Notes: generated by a model from the sequence alone, not told the origin. 64,000 bases of DNA from Octopus sinensis (GCF_006345805.1 NC_043015.1:682001-746000); one strand, 5' to 3'. Shown: positions 16,353-30,112, numbered from the stretch's first letter. Numbers and translations are program-made.

Positions 16353-16597
16353 TAATAATAATAATAATGATGATGATGATGATGATGACGACGACTACGA
16401 CGACGACAAAGACGACGACAAAGACGACGACTATCATGACAACGATGACGACGATGACGATGATGACGATGATGACGATGATGACGATGATGACGACGAC
16501 GACGACGACGATGACGACAATGACGACGATGACGACGATGACGACGATGATAACGATGATGATGATGATGACGATGATGATGATGATGATGATGATG

Positions 16598-16640
<43 letters not shown>

Positions 16641-16683
16641 TAATAATAAAAATAAAAATAATAATAATAATAATAATAATAAT

Positions 16684-16714
<31 letters not shown>

Positions 16715-16743
16715 TAATATTAATAATAATAATAATAATAATA
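16298..16743 (+). repeat. Compound (AAT)n-(GAT/GAC)n-(AAT)n array
   Basis: Read directly. Source of the poly-N/D/H ORFs. Confidence 0.95.
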
Positions 16744-16850
16744 GTGATGCCTGGTGTACCTTTATCAGACGGGTAGTCATGATGGGTATATTGGGCTTCG
16801 TATATTTTACCCCAGTGTCACTTTGATGGCATGCACTGCTCTCTCACTCA
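16744..16850 (+). mobile_element. 3' fragment of the (AAT)n-associated element
   Basis: cctggtgtacc...ccccagtgtcactttgatggcatgcactgctctctcactca followed by (ATA)n. Confidence 0.8.
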
Positions 16851-16866
16851 ATAATAATAATAATAA

Positions 16867-17394
16867 TGCCCTGTAGAGTACCTGGCAGTGGCTCTCATAG
16901 TTTCAGATCATAAATGATTGGAAGTTTTATCATGTACATTGTTTTACCTTGATATAAATGATGGGCGACAACAAATTTTCTGCTCAATACCACGGATTTG
17001 CATGCCAGTTGTTTGAGCTTAACCAGTTGAGTAAGTCTCTTGGTGGCTGACGAATAGTGCATCTCTGATCTCGAGCAGAAGTAGAGGTGGAGCATCATAG
17101 CCATGAGTTGAAAAGAATTATTTGGGGTTTGGATAATTCATCTTTGGAAGCATGAGTGCTTCGTTCATCATTCTTAACCAACGATAATTCAGGGATCTTT
17201 TGAGCGGGATGGGCTCCTCGAATTGACGAAAATTCTAACTGGGCCCTACCTGCAAAGTCCTGCGCTTTTTATCTAGATGACTATGTCACGCACATATGAT
17301 TGTGGATCAAGTGCCTGATTTATCCTTGGCTAAACTGGTCATCGTGTATTTTACTTCAGTGTCAATTTGATGGCATGCATTGCTCTCTGATTCA
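16867..17394 (+). mobile_element. (AAT)n-associated non-coding element, full-length diverged copy
   Basis: Colinear with the reverse complement of 17624-18182, from tgccctg to ttgatggcatgcattgctctctgattca. Confidence 0.75.
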
Positions 17395-17445
17395 ATAACA
17401 ATAACAGCAAAAACGACAGCAACAATAACTATGATAATAATAATG

Positions 17446-17490
<45 letters not shown>

Positions 17491-17498
17491 TAATAATA

Positions 17499-17548
<50 letters not shown>

Positions 17549-17569
17549 TATTATTATTATTATTATTAC

Positions 17570-17609
<40 letters not shown>

Positions 17610-17623
17610 ATTATTATTATCAT

Positions 17624-18182
17624 TGAGTGAGAGACCGGTTCATGCCATCAAAGTGACACTGGGGTAAAATATACGAAGCCCAATATACCCATCATGACTA
17701 CCCGTCTGGTAAGGGTACACCAGGCACATGCATCACAACCATATGTGCGCGACCTGGTGATCTCATATCAAGATAAACAGCACATGACCTTGCAGGTGGG
17801 GCCCAGTTAGAATTTTCTTCAGGTTGAGTAGCCCATCCCGCTCAAAAGGTCCCTGAATAAGGGTTGTTTAAGGATGTTGAAAGAACCACCCATGTTCCCA
17901 GAGGTGAATTATTCAAACCCCAAAGAATCCCTCTCAACACATGGCTATGATGCTATGATGCTCCCTCACTACTTCGTGATTAGAGATGCACATATCGTCA
18001 GCCACTTAGGGACATCCTCAACTGGTTAAAGTCAAACAACTGACAAGCAAATCTGTGGTATTGAGCAGAATATTTGCTGTAGCCCATCTTTTATACCAAG
18101 ACAAATCAATGTACATGATAACACTTCCAATCAGTTAAGATCAGAAGCCATGAGAGCCACTGCCTGGTACTACATCAGGGCA
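17624..18182 (-). mobile_element. (AAT)n-associated non-coding element, full-length copy
   Basis: Very similar to 39892-40350 and flanked by (ATT)n on both sides. Confidence 0.85.
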
Positions 18183-18237
<55 letters not shown>

Positions 18238-18739
18238 GCATTTATATGAGAAAATAAGTATATGCATATAGCGAAATAAGAATAATACTAAAGAAGAAGA
18301 AGAAGAAGAAGAATGAGGAGGAGGAGGGGAAGAAGAAAAAGAAGAAGAAGGAGGACAACAACAACAACAACAACAACACCAAGAGCAGAAGATAAGGAAT
18401 CAAGTGTAAATTAGTTAAAATTGAACACTTATAATCTCGATCGGTGTTATTTATCTTGAACTCAAGACATGGAAGATTATCATGGGACCGGTATATATAC
18501 GAAACGAACCGTGATAGGCGGCATGCAGGTACAACGTTTTATGATTCCATCTCGACGAAATTATCCACGTTGCTTTTCCTGATCTTGTTTTGGGGAAGAA
18601 AAGTTATGAAGGATAGATACATGCAAATATAGCAAAAGTTTAAAACATGCAAAAATGCAGTAACTCCGCGAATGAATAGTGAATATTAATACTACTAATT
18701 CTATCACTAATAATAACAATCTCTTACAAAATTAGTAAT

Positions 18740-18792
18740 GATAATAATGATATAATAGTTTATTATTATTATCATCATCTTTATTATTATTA

Positions 18793-18838
<46 letters not shown>

Positions 18839-18839
18839 G

Positions 18840-18901
<62 letters not shown>

Positions 18902-18963
18902 CATTATTATTATTATTATTATTATTATCATTATTATTATTATTATCATTATTTTTATTATCA

Positions 18964-18995
<32 letters not shown>

Positions 18996-19002
18996 TGCCA
19001 TT

Positions 19003-19036
<34 letters not shown>

Positions 19037-19274
19037 AGTAGTAATAGGAACAGCAGTACCAGCAATGGCGTTATCGTTTTGATGATTAATGTATTAAATA
19101 TTATTATTAGTAGTAGTAGTAACATTATTGCTACTGCTATTGTTGATGTTATTGTTCCTCTTCTACAGCTTCTTTTTTTCTCTTCCATCTACTTCCCCCC
19201 TCTTCTCTATTTTCCTCGTCTTATTATTATTATTGTCATTATTATTATCATTATTATTAATTTTATTATTATTA

Positions 19275-19323
<49 letters not shown>

Positions 19324-19385
19324 CATCATTATTATTATTATTACTATTATCATTATTATTTTTATTAGTATTATTATTATTTAAT
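18740..19385 (-). repeat. (ATT)n/(AGT)n arrays
   Basis: Read directly. Confidence 0.9.
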
Positions 19386-19766
19386 AGGAAACATGTAGTT
19401 CAATAAGGGGGATAAAATTTTGTGAAATTTGAAGTTGTGATCAATTATTTTCATGTGTATTATAGATAAGAGTCGAAGTGTTTTTATCGGTAATATAATT
19501 TCAAGAGATCTTTTCGCCTAACAATTATAATCTCAGTTTCATCTTTATAGGAAGAGCGGCACTTTATAGCGCTCAATGTGCCTTCATCTCTACCACAAGA
19601 ATATTCTCACACTTAATACCCCATTATTTTATAGTTTTATGATTAATCTCTGCAATAAATCGTAAAATAACTGAAAGTTCACACTTATATTCCTAAATAT
19701 ATACATATACATATATACGTATATTTGAATATAGATATGCATTTATACATGCATAAATAAATGAAC

Positions 19767-19813
<47 letters not shown>

Positions 19814-19921
19814 AACATTCATATATATATATAAATATACATATGCATATTTATATATCATCTGTGTATATACATGTGTCTGTATATATGTAACTAAACA
19901 AAAACATGCACACACAGAGAC

Positions 19922-19978
<57 letters not shown>

Positions 19979-21794
19979 TACAATTATTTGGTGATATACT
20001 ATGAAAATAGTATCTGGACTAATAATGGTTGTATATGAATATGCAGAAATAAGATATATTCATACAATGCTTACATGTAAATATGCATGAATATTTACAC
20101 ATACATATACATATGCTTTACATATTTGTAATTTTGGGACTTGGACCTAGTCTCTATTCATTGTGTTTCCATTTATTTGTATCCTGTAATTCTTTGCAGC
20201 CCTATGCATATGGGGACAGTCATCCCGAGCAACTGTCAGCAAAAGTTATTAGCTACCCGGTTATGGAGAGGAAAAATTGGGGCGAATAAATTATATAATC
20301 AATGTGTTAATTATATTCAGGTTCAATGCGATCTCATTAGTCCCGCATAACCAATTAATCGCCTTGAATATGCTTGACCTATACAGCTGTTGTGTGAATT
20401 TTTACATAATAAAACTAGAACAAAGTTCATTATTGCAACACGTGTGTCGGGGGGGGTCTATGTTGTGTTTGCATATAACAATTATATATACACACACATA
20501 TATATGACAGTAACTACGCCTGGTATGCTATCGTCGAGACTGTTATATGCGCACACACCCACGCATGGGTATGTGTGTGTGTGTGTGTGCGTATGCGTGT
20601 GTATATGTACATACACTCGCACAAACACACACATGCGCACAGTCAGGCATACATGTACACATAATGCATATGATTATACACGAATTATAATGTTAAGCTC
20701 TTATTTACGCAAGTAATCAATAAGTAGTACAAATGAAAACCATAGTGAGATTGAGAAATCTATTTATTTTTACCAAAGTTGTTATTCATTGTGTTAAATA
20801 ATTCTGTGGTTCACTTTGCCTCTCATTGAAATTTTTACATCGTGGGATCTGTAAGGGCTTCTCACTAGACGCATTGTGTATCTTTCCGGCTTTTTTTTTC
20901 TTTTGTCTTGATTTCATATTTCGCAGTAGTTCAGGTTTTGAAAGATGTATTACATGTCCCGGTAGAGTACAGTCAACATTGCGCAATCTTTGCGGATACC
21001 ATTTCGGATGGTTTCTGTTATCATTGTAAGCAGTTCGGAGGGTTTCTGGTTTGATTTGCTCTTCCTCCTATATTTTCCACGTCACTGAAACGAATATGGC
21101 CAAATCACCTCTCGTGCTTGAAAAAAAAAAGAATTTACGATATATAGTGGTTCGACAAAAAGAGACCGATATAATAAGTATAGGACCTAAATGTTAGCAA
21201 CGGTGGTGGGGTTTGTTCCACGAAACCTCAAGGTGATGTCTAACTATAGTTACAGTGTAATGAGTGACAATGTAAACGTTAAGTGATAAATAGTAAGAAT
21301 CAAATTTAAAAGGTTCTTATAATAATTCAAGAAAAATCTGCTGTATGATCAATGATAATATTCATTTTTTGCGCACTTGTAACTTTTCTTCATCAAAGAG
21401 GTGTTTCTTTCAAATAAGCAAGTCACAATGCTTTTTGGATGAGATTCCATCTTTTATAAGTTTAGTGAGAATTTGACCTGAAAATGGAGGTCAGTTCCCT
21501 TCTGGTACATAGGTTATCGCCAGGAGATTTGTAGAAAGGAAGCCTCTGGAATGTGCTGTTTCACATATTTTCAGATGCCTCCTCAGCGAAGTCATACGTA
21601 ATCGTTTTTGTGTGGTGAGTCGTTTGTGGGTACTTGCACGTTACCAGAGGGAATTCTTGGTTTCGCCAATATAATTTTCGCTGCAATTGGGGACAGATTA
21701 AGATTCTCTCTCTTGCAGTTCATATCTATATTCACTTGGAAGGCGAACCCACTTCCAAATTTTATAACAGTACCAGTATCCAGATTTTATAGAT

Positions 21795-21836
<42 letters not shown>

Positions 21837-22211
21837 TAACACACACAAACACACACACATATACATATACAACACACACACACATATACATATACAAACA
21901 CACACACTTATATACATACATTTACATACATATACGGGAGGTGTCGCTGCAGGATGGCCGAAGTCAAATGCCTTTAGAAAATAACTCCACATACATATAA
22001 ATGCGCTTATATAGTAATATATTTCTACTGGTGTGTGTGTGCCTTTGTGTGTGAGTGTGTGTGTGTGCGTATGTGTGTGTATTGTGTGTACAAGTATATG
22101 TCTATACAGAAATAGAGAGATGTACAGACAGAGAGAAAAATAGTGGTCAGCATACATATATATAAGTATGCATTTTGATAGTGAAATTAGAAATACAAAT
22201 AGATGTGTGAG

Positions 22212-22247
<36 letters not shown>

Positions 22248-22416
22248 TATATATATACATACATACATATATATATGCATGCGTGTATGTCAGTGTGTCT
22301 GTGTTCATATAAGTATCCATATATATATATATGCATGAATATATGTATGCATGTATATATATATATATATACTTATATATATATATATAAAATATATGTA
22401 TATATTTGAATGTATA

Positions 22417-22463
<47 letters not shown>

Positions 22464-22862
22464 TATATATATATATATATATATAATATATATGTATATA
22501 TATATACAATGCAGAACGTAGGTTAAGTATATGAAGCGGAACAACGATCAGTCTTTGTATCCCCGATCGGAAATGCACCAAATCCTATCGTTCTACCTTC
22601 ATCACTCCGAATAAATACATTTTCCAATGTTTCTAACTTTTAAATCATGCAGATGAAAGTAACTTGGATATGGACTAAAATTGCAGACTGGTGTGAAACA
22701 AACGGACAGAGACACACACGCACACATACACTCAGTCTCAGACAAACACTCACAAACATACACAAACACACAAATACACACACCCCCACTTCTGTAAATA
22801 ATATATGTCGTGTATGTGTGTCTATATATGTATATTTGTGTATGTGACATGTCAATGCTTAT

Positions 22863-22919
<57 letters not shown>

Positions 22920-24105
22920 TGTATTAATAAAGTCGAAATTGTCTCTCCGACTGGTACCCCTGTATCTCAGTCTATATTTACTCTGCGTAGACCTATTATA
23001 CCATTTTGGAATTAGGATGATGCCGGGACGAAAATCTGCCCTCCATTAGGTTCTTGAATCCGCAGTATTAAGATCTGCATTAAAAGCATTCGGGTTACTG
23101 TTTCTAGCGGTTAAAGCGACCGCATAATGTTTCAAGTGGCATAGTATTCCTGATAGCTGAATAAGAGTTTTCTCCCTTAGCTTAAAGTTTCAGTCATCAA
23201 ACTTCGACCAAAGTGGGGCACTGCCTTGAAGAATTTTAATCGAACAAATTTACCCCAGTTCTTTCTTTTTTACACCTGGTTCTTTTTATTGATCTTATTT
23301 CATGAACCACCATGTTACGTGAACGTAAACACACCAACACCAGATTGTTTGGGTAATTTAACCGAAACAATCATTACCGAAAATTTTACTCAAACAATTA
23401 TGGAAAACTGCTAATCGATGAACGTAATGTTTTACAACGACTGCAATCAAGTCTAATTCAAACAGATAGAGGAGAATACTCCTCTCTGAACAATGTCATA
23501 TAGGGTATATAATACCATATAGTGATCGTACTTATAGTGCATAAATCACTGCATATGAATATGCAACTATATGCAATTCATGCAACCCAAACATGTGTCG
23601 GACAATTATTATGAATAATTTAAAAAAAACATGCTTGAATGTTCAAATTCTCAATTCGCCTTATTATCAATGTGTGAGTTTGTATATGTGTGTATACACT
23701 ACCCCGACACAAACAATTCTACCTCAGTCACATCCCTACCCCACCTCACATAAACACCCACTACCATCCCACATCCCCCCACACCACCACCACACCTTAC
23801 TTACATCACACCAGTTCACGCACACAGGCACTGACCATTTTCCGCCATCCACACCGCACACCATCATCAACACACCCACAAGCCATTATTCACACACTTA
23901 CCCACTCACACATCCACACGCGTCAAAGTCACTAGCCCCTATCCGCACGCACACACACATACTCTCACATACACACGCACGCACGAACACCAACGTTTTG
24001 GGATCACCGATATTTTATTACCTCCCCTTTTTTCTGACTCTCATATCAAACCTTTTTTCCCAAACAGCCGCCATGCTTGATCGCTAAACCCACAATTTTT
24101 TCCAC

Positions 24106-24141
<36 letters not shown>

Positions 24142-24157
24142 TTATTTTCTCTTATTC

Positions 24158-24192
24158 CTTTCTGTTAAAGAGCATAGGTTCGAAGCGTAAAG
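24158..24192 (+). ncRNA. Highly degenerate hammerhead-like motif
   Basis: CTTT-CTGTTAA-A-GAGC-ATAG-GTTC-GAAGC-GTA-AAG. Topology fits but several core positions are mutated. Confidence 0.2.
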
Positions 24193-24299
24193 TATTTTAT
24201 CACTTACCCGAGTGTCAATCTAACACACCTTCTTGTTGTTCATACACCAGTCTTCGTCTTTTGTTTTTCTCTAAATTTCAGCTATATATTTCTATGTAT

Positions 24300-24333
<34 letters not shown>

Positions 24334-24789
24334 CGTGTGTATGTGTGTATGTGTGTGTGTGTGTGTGTGTGCTCATATGTATGTGTGTATTTATATTTGT
24401 ATATATATAGGTTTATATCTTTCCTTTATAAATCTGTTTCCACACATGTTTATGTCTCTACACGCTTGTTAATATACTTGTGTGTTTCTTTTAGTTGTAT
24501 GTGTGTTTGTGTGTGTGACTGTGTGTGAGCGTGTATGTGTTTCTTTATGAACGCGTGTGAGGTGATAATGTGCTATTTACTAACATAAAGACACGTTGAT
24601 TAAATGAAAAAAATCGATGAATCAAATTTGTTTTGTTTGGAAAGTTGGTTGTGACTTCGAATTTTCACGCAAACCTACGGGTGCCTTACTGTTCTCTTAT
24701 TGTAATATATTGTCCGGTGCGACAGTGCTATAAGCTTTCATACAAGCTTCATGACTGTTATATCCAGGATAATAGCCATGAAGTCTTCA

Positions 24790-24980
24790 AACGGCTGCTG
24801 TTGATGATGATGATGGTGATGATGATCATGACAACGAGGACGGCGACGACGAAGACGGCGGTGGTAGCGGTGGTGGTGGTTGTGGTGGTGATGATGATGA
24901 TAATAGTGGTGGTGATGGTGGCTGGGCAGCAGCAGCAACAGCATTAGATGATGATAATGATGATGAGGATTATGATGATA

Positions 24981-25012
<32 letters not shown>

Positions 25013-25069
25013 GATGATGATGATGATTATGACGATGGTGACGATGATGATAGTGATGATGATGAGATG

Positions 25070-25119
<50 letters not shown>

Positions 25120-25250
25120 GATGATGATGACGACGACGACGACTATGATTACGATGATGATAACGACAATATCCATGATGATTTGGACGATAACGTTGAT
25201 GATATCAACGATAATGTTGATTCTGATGCTGTACCTCATGCTATGTCGAT
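24790..25250 (+). repeat. Degenerate (GAT/GGT/GAC)n trinucleotide array
   Basis: Read directly. Confidence 0.9.
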
Positions 25251-25540
25251 AACAATCTTAGTGCCACCTGTTTATCACTACTGCTGCTGAAACTGTTGCC
25301 GTTGGTGATCACTGTCCACGGTTTATTGACCTCTTAGGGGTGGGTTTGAACTCGGTTAAACACGGGCTGGTTTTTATTTATTTATTTATTGTAATTACAT
25401 AACGTAGTTTCCTTTCAACACCAGTTCTACATATTTGAATCACTTATCCTCGTACATAAACGGGTTTTGTGATCGAACTGTAGTTTAAATTCAACTGTTC
25501 TACCAAGTCCCATACAGTTTGTTATAAATTTTCATCAACT

Positions 25541-25965
25541 AAGGTGCAGGAGTGGCTGTGTGGTAAGTAGCTTGCTAACCAACCACATGGTTCCGGGTTC
25601 AGTCCCACTGCGTGGCATCTTGGGCAAGTGTCTTCTGCTATAGCCCCGGGCCGACCAATGTCTTGTGAGTGGATTTGGTAGACGGAAACTGAAAGAAGCC
25701 TGTCGTATATATGTATATATGTATATATGTGTGTGTGTGCGTGTTTGTGTGTCTGTGTTTGTCCCCCTAGCATTGCTTGACAACCGATGCTGGTGTGTTT
25801 ACGTCCCCGTAACTTAGCGGTTCGGCATAATAGACCGATAGAATAAGTACTGGGCTTACAAAGAATAAGTCCCGGGGTCGATTTGCTCGACTAAAGGCGG
25901 TGCTCCAGCATGGCCGCAGTCAAATGATTGAAACAAGTAAAAGAGTAAAAGAGTAAGAGTAAGTA
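25541..25965 (+). mobile_element. tRNA-derived SINE family A, full length
   Basis: aggagtggctgtgtggtaag (A box), ggttcagtccc (B box), internal TA/TG run, tail ending (aaagagt)n. Confidence 0.9.
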
Positions 25966-26302
25966 TTTCAGAATATTAATACCGACATAGCTTTTTCAAT
26001 CTGGTTGAGATGAATTTAAAAGAGAGCGAAACTACTCAAATCGTTTACGCGTGCCCGAACACTTAATCCTGGCCTGCACTCTATGGTGACACCATTGTTA
26101 TGTTTTCATTATTCTGTGTAACGACCTTTCATTTTTTATTTTTCAGAATCTTCAGTTTTTGTTTGAACAACGCCAAGAGCTTTTGAATGAAAATTGTCCA
26201 TCTAACCATTTTTTTCCCCAGAAAATGAATGGTAATGATATATATTAAGTATATATTGAGCATGTATTTTAGCAGAACACCATAATTTTAAAAAGTAATA
26301 TT

Positions 26303-27190
26303 TGTAGCAAATTCAAAATTGCTGTCCGTCCGAAGGGATTCTATTGCGAAGTTCTCTTCGGGTTAAAAAATCGCAGTAAAATCCTTTGGAACGGACAACC
26401 ATGTTGAAGTGGCTACGAATATTATTTGACAGTACATCTACATCGTTTATCTCTTAATATTAGCATTTTTGCTTGTTGCAAAATCAGTGACCGTGTGTTC
26501 ACTTGAAATATATATATATATATTGCTAGCAGAGGCAAACTATTGCCACCTCTAGCGGACGATGGGTCTAGTGCCGAAGTTGCAGAAATAGCCTGAAACC
26601 AGGACTGGTATACTGGCTCCGTCGCTTGAACGTGGTAGGACTTTGCTCCCGTGCTCGTAATTTATCGGATGCAGCTGTGCATCGTTAACCAGCTAGTGAA
26701 GATGTGCTACTGGGGTTACAAAATCGCTGTAAATTCTGCTCGGACAGACAGCCATGTCCAAGTGGCTTCTCAGTACAACTGCTGTGTTGGTCTCTTAGAG
26801 TGATTTTAGGACTAGCATTCTTGTTTGTTGCAAAATCAGCGACCAAGTGTGCGCTTGAAATATATATATTTTGAGCAGAGGCGAGCTACTGCCATCTCTA
26901 GAAGACGAGGTGTCTAGTACGGAAGAGTGGCAGGAATAGCCGGAAACCATGAGTGATCTACAGGTCCCCTCCCAAGAAAGTGGTAAGAATTCGCTCCCTT
27001 GCTAGCAATTTATTATATATATGCAGCTCTGCATCGTTAACCAGCTAGTGGAGATATCCTCTTGGGGTTGAAATGTCGCTGCAGCGTCCGTTGGAACGGA
27101 CTGCCGTGTTTAATTGACTAGGAATATCACTTATCAACGCAACTACAGCATTGATCATTTAGATCGATTTTAGATCTAGTATTTTTATCT
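26303..27190. repeat. Diverged tandem repeat, period 352 bp, about 2.5 copies
   Basis: gttgcaaaatcag at 26475 and 26827, and gcatcgttaaccagctagtg at 26679 and 27031. Both offsets are 352. Confidence 0.8.
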
Positions 27191-27229
27191 GCTGCCTAAT
27201 AATATTCCAATATTTATTGACATAATAAA

Positions 27230-28158
27230 TTATTTAGCCACATGAGCGCCATTTCGATAGAAAACTTCAAAAACCTATTAGTCTATCAATTTCTTAATCG
27301 TTGCCGGTTGGACTGTCTCTGCTGCAGCTGTGATGGTCGCCCATAAGACATCATTCGTCGTAAATAGGCGTCCATCGACATGAATAATTTGTTTAATGGT
27401 GGACCAAATATTTTCGGTAGGGTTGAAATCCAGAAATGCTGGCATGCACACCATTAACCTTTTACCTTGTATGCCCTAAGACCCTAGGAATGTTTCTGTG
27501 GTCCTCGCAAACGAGGAGGGAGCGTTGTCATGCATGAATAAGAGATTCCTTAGAAGTGACCGCGGTATGTCATTTAGCCATAGACCCAAAATCTCCTTCA
27601 TGAGATTGCAGTAGGCGGCTGCGGTCTCTTTAAACGACTCCAGGCAACCTGACTTAACCAGACTCTGACGCCAATGATACCAGCGCACAACATGATCCAC
27701 CCTGTTGTTGAAGTTGTAAATGTTGGTGATGCTCATATCCAAAATAGACCCAACCATTTGCCCAACCGTTAGCTCCGTCAAGATTCGCCCTGGTTTCATC
27801 AGGGAAGAGAAGACATCTTACCGCTGATCAGGGGATCTCGCACGGAAGCCACGGTCCCGAGGGGGCGATTTCTGGCGGTTTTCTGCACGTGTGGAAGTCC
27901 GGTGGCGATGAAAATGACTTTGCTTTTTGTCCTGGTTTACCACGTAACTTGCAGCCAATATTCCTCAAATCTTCAGCTATCACGGATCGGGAGGTCCCGC
28001 AATTGGATCGATCTTTCGCGAAGGCTCCTCCCGGAATCGTCTAACTGTATTCACATGATGGCCTAACGTCTCCGCAAAAGCATGAAGATAGTTGCCTTTA
28101 GCACTTTCTTGATGATAGCAGATTTTTCTTCATCATTAAGGCCTTATCCATGTCCCAT
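27230..28158 (-). pseudogene. Tc1-like DD37E (TRT-type) transposase remnant
   Basis: MGHG*GLNDEEKSAII..., FPDETRANLDGANGW, QQGG, FMHDNAPS, then 37 residues from the second D to E in DFNPTENIWS. Stops and frameshifts present. Confidence 0.85.
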
Positions 28159-28384
28159 TGTTCTTAGAGAGAAGAGGCGCTATTAGCGTGGTTCTTCGAA
28201 AAACTGAAGAATCTGATATAAAAAAAAGTAAGGAATTTACACAGAATAATGAAAGTATATCTATCCTGTTGCCAAAGTGTGCAAGGAAGCTGGGAAAATT
28301 TTATTAGAAGCGATTCTCAGAAAACCGAGAGATGGTAAATTTCACTCATAAGGTATTGTTAGGTGCGTACGCAGTTCTGGGTGT

Positions 28385-28984
28385 ATGCATGTATATATAT
28401 ATATAATATATATATATATACATATATGTATGTATGTGTGTGCGTGTTTGCATGTATGTACATGTATGTATAAATGTATATATGTACAAAGATATATCTG
28501 TTTGTATATATATTTACGTATGTACATATATATATATTTGCATATAGAGGTCAATAGATATATCAATATATACTTAAGTATGTATACGATACTGTTAGAT
28601 ATACGTAAGCATACGTGACACGAAATTTTTTTCCACAAATTATATTATTGATAATCTTTAATTGGACGTGAATATGCATATACGGATACAAAACACACAC
28701 AAAACATTCGTATATTGAGACGAGCTCATACTCAGGAGCAATCCATAGCACATACTGTCATCTACAAAGGCTACGCATGAACACGTACACGCATATTTAT
28801 GTACACCCCCATACACAGGTATGATTTTGTATTAGCATGTATAGACAAATATTGATAAATGTATATAAAGTAAGAACCTATCTTTTTATATATAAATTTA
28901 TAATATGCATACATGTTTATTTATATTTAGACATATATACATATAAGTTTACGTGTAAAATATATGTATATATATATATGTTTA

Positions 28985-29037
<53 letters not shown>

Positions 29038-29044
29038 TATATAT

Positions 29045-29142
<98 letters not shown>

Positions 29143-29296
29143 CAGCTTTTATGTGTGAGGAGCTTGAAATAATTGAAAAACTAACGTCAATTCAATTTGC
29201 TTATAAATTTAAATGTATTATGCTATATTGTTACCAGCTGTGTAAAATATATATATATATTTATGTATGTATGTATATATATATATCCACATGTAG

Positions 29297-29349
<53 letters not shown>

Positions 29350-29430
29350 AATATATAAATATATATATGTATTTATATATATGCTTATATATGATGATAT
29401 ATAGATATACATATGTGTGTGTGTGTATAT
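28385..29430. repeat. (TA)n/(CA)n microsatellite block
   Basis: Read directly. Confidence 0.85.
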
Positions 29431-30070
29431 ATATGTGCGTTTCTGTGTATGTAATTCCTATTTATAAAATTAATGATTTGTTGTTGCTGTCGTTATTTTA
29501 ATATTATTATTATTATATTTCAAACGATAATCATGCTTACGTTAAACCTATCTGCTTTCATTTCTCACTAAATAGAAAATTGGTTTTAATGTTTGACAAT
29601 GAACTTACACCTAAACATATAATCAAATTATAAGATTAGTCTTGGACAATAGCTGCAGATTTAAACATGAGAGATTCAGTACATCTCTTTAAATTTTCAA
29701 ACGAGATCCGCCGTTTTAGAAATTCCTAAAAATATATATGTAATACAATTATATATAAAGTGTAATATAAATATAAATATTTAAAGAGTTCTAAAGACAA
29801 ATCTGTTGTGCCTTGTGCGCAATCCACCGGATACCTCAGTTGAATTGCGTGTAAAATCATTCTTCGGAAGCGCTATGTTTAAACATGAACGTCGTAAGCT
29901 CAAATATTTTAATCAATTAAATTTCTCTCTCGATCAATGTTGACAGCAATTTTATATCTAAGTTTCAATTCGTGCCAATAAAAAAAAAGAAATAGAGAAA
30001 ATCACTAAGGGAGACAACCAAGAAATTTTAACAAAATATCTATTTCTCTCTCTCTCTCTCTCTCTCTCTG

Positions 30071-30112
<42 letters not shown>

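Noticed and set aside
16261-16780. Poly-Asn/Asp/His ORFs (likewise 11613-12885 and 24633-25252)
   Set aside because: They are triplet-repeat translations with no unique coding flanks or splice context.
18120-18182. HDV-like ribozyme at the 5' end of the (AAT)n-associated element
   Set aside because: I could not build the P1/P2/P3 pseudoknot by eye. It needs a descriptor search.
26541-26560. CTCF-like motif in the 352-bp repeat (tgccacctctagcgg)
   Set aside because: Spacing does not fit the core consensus well, and the second copy is weaker.
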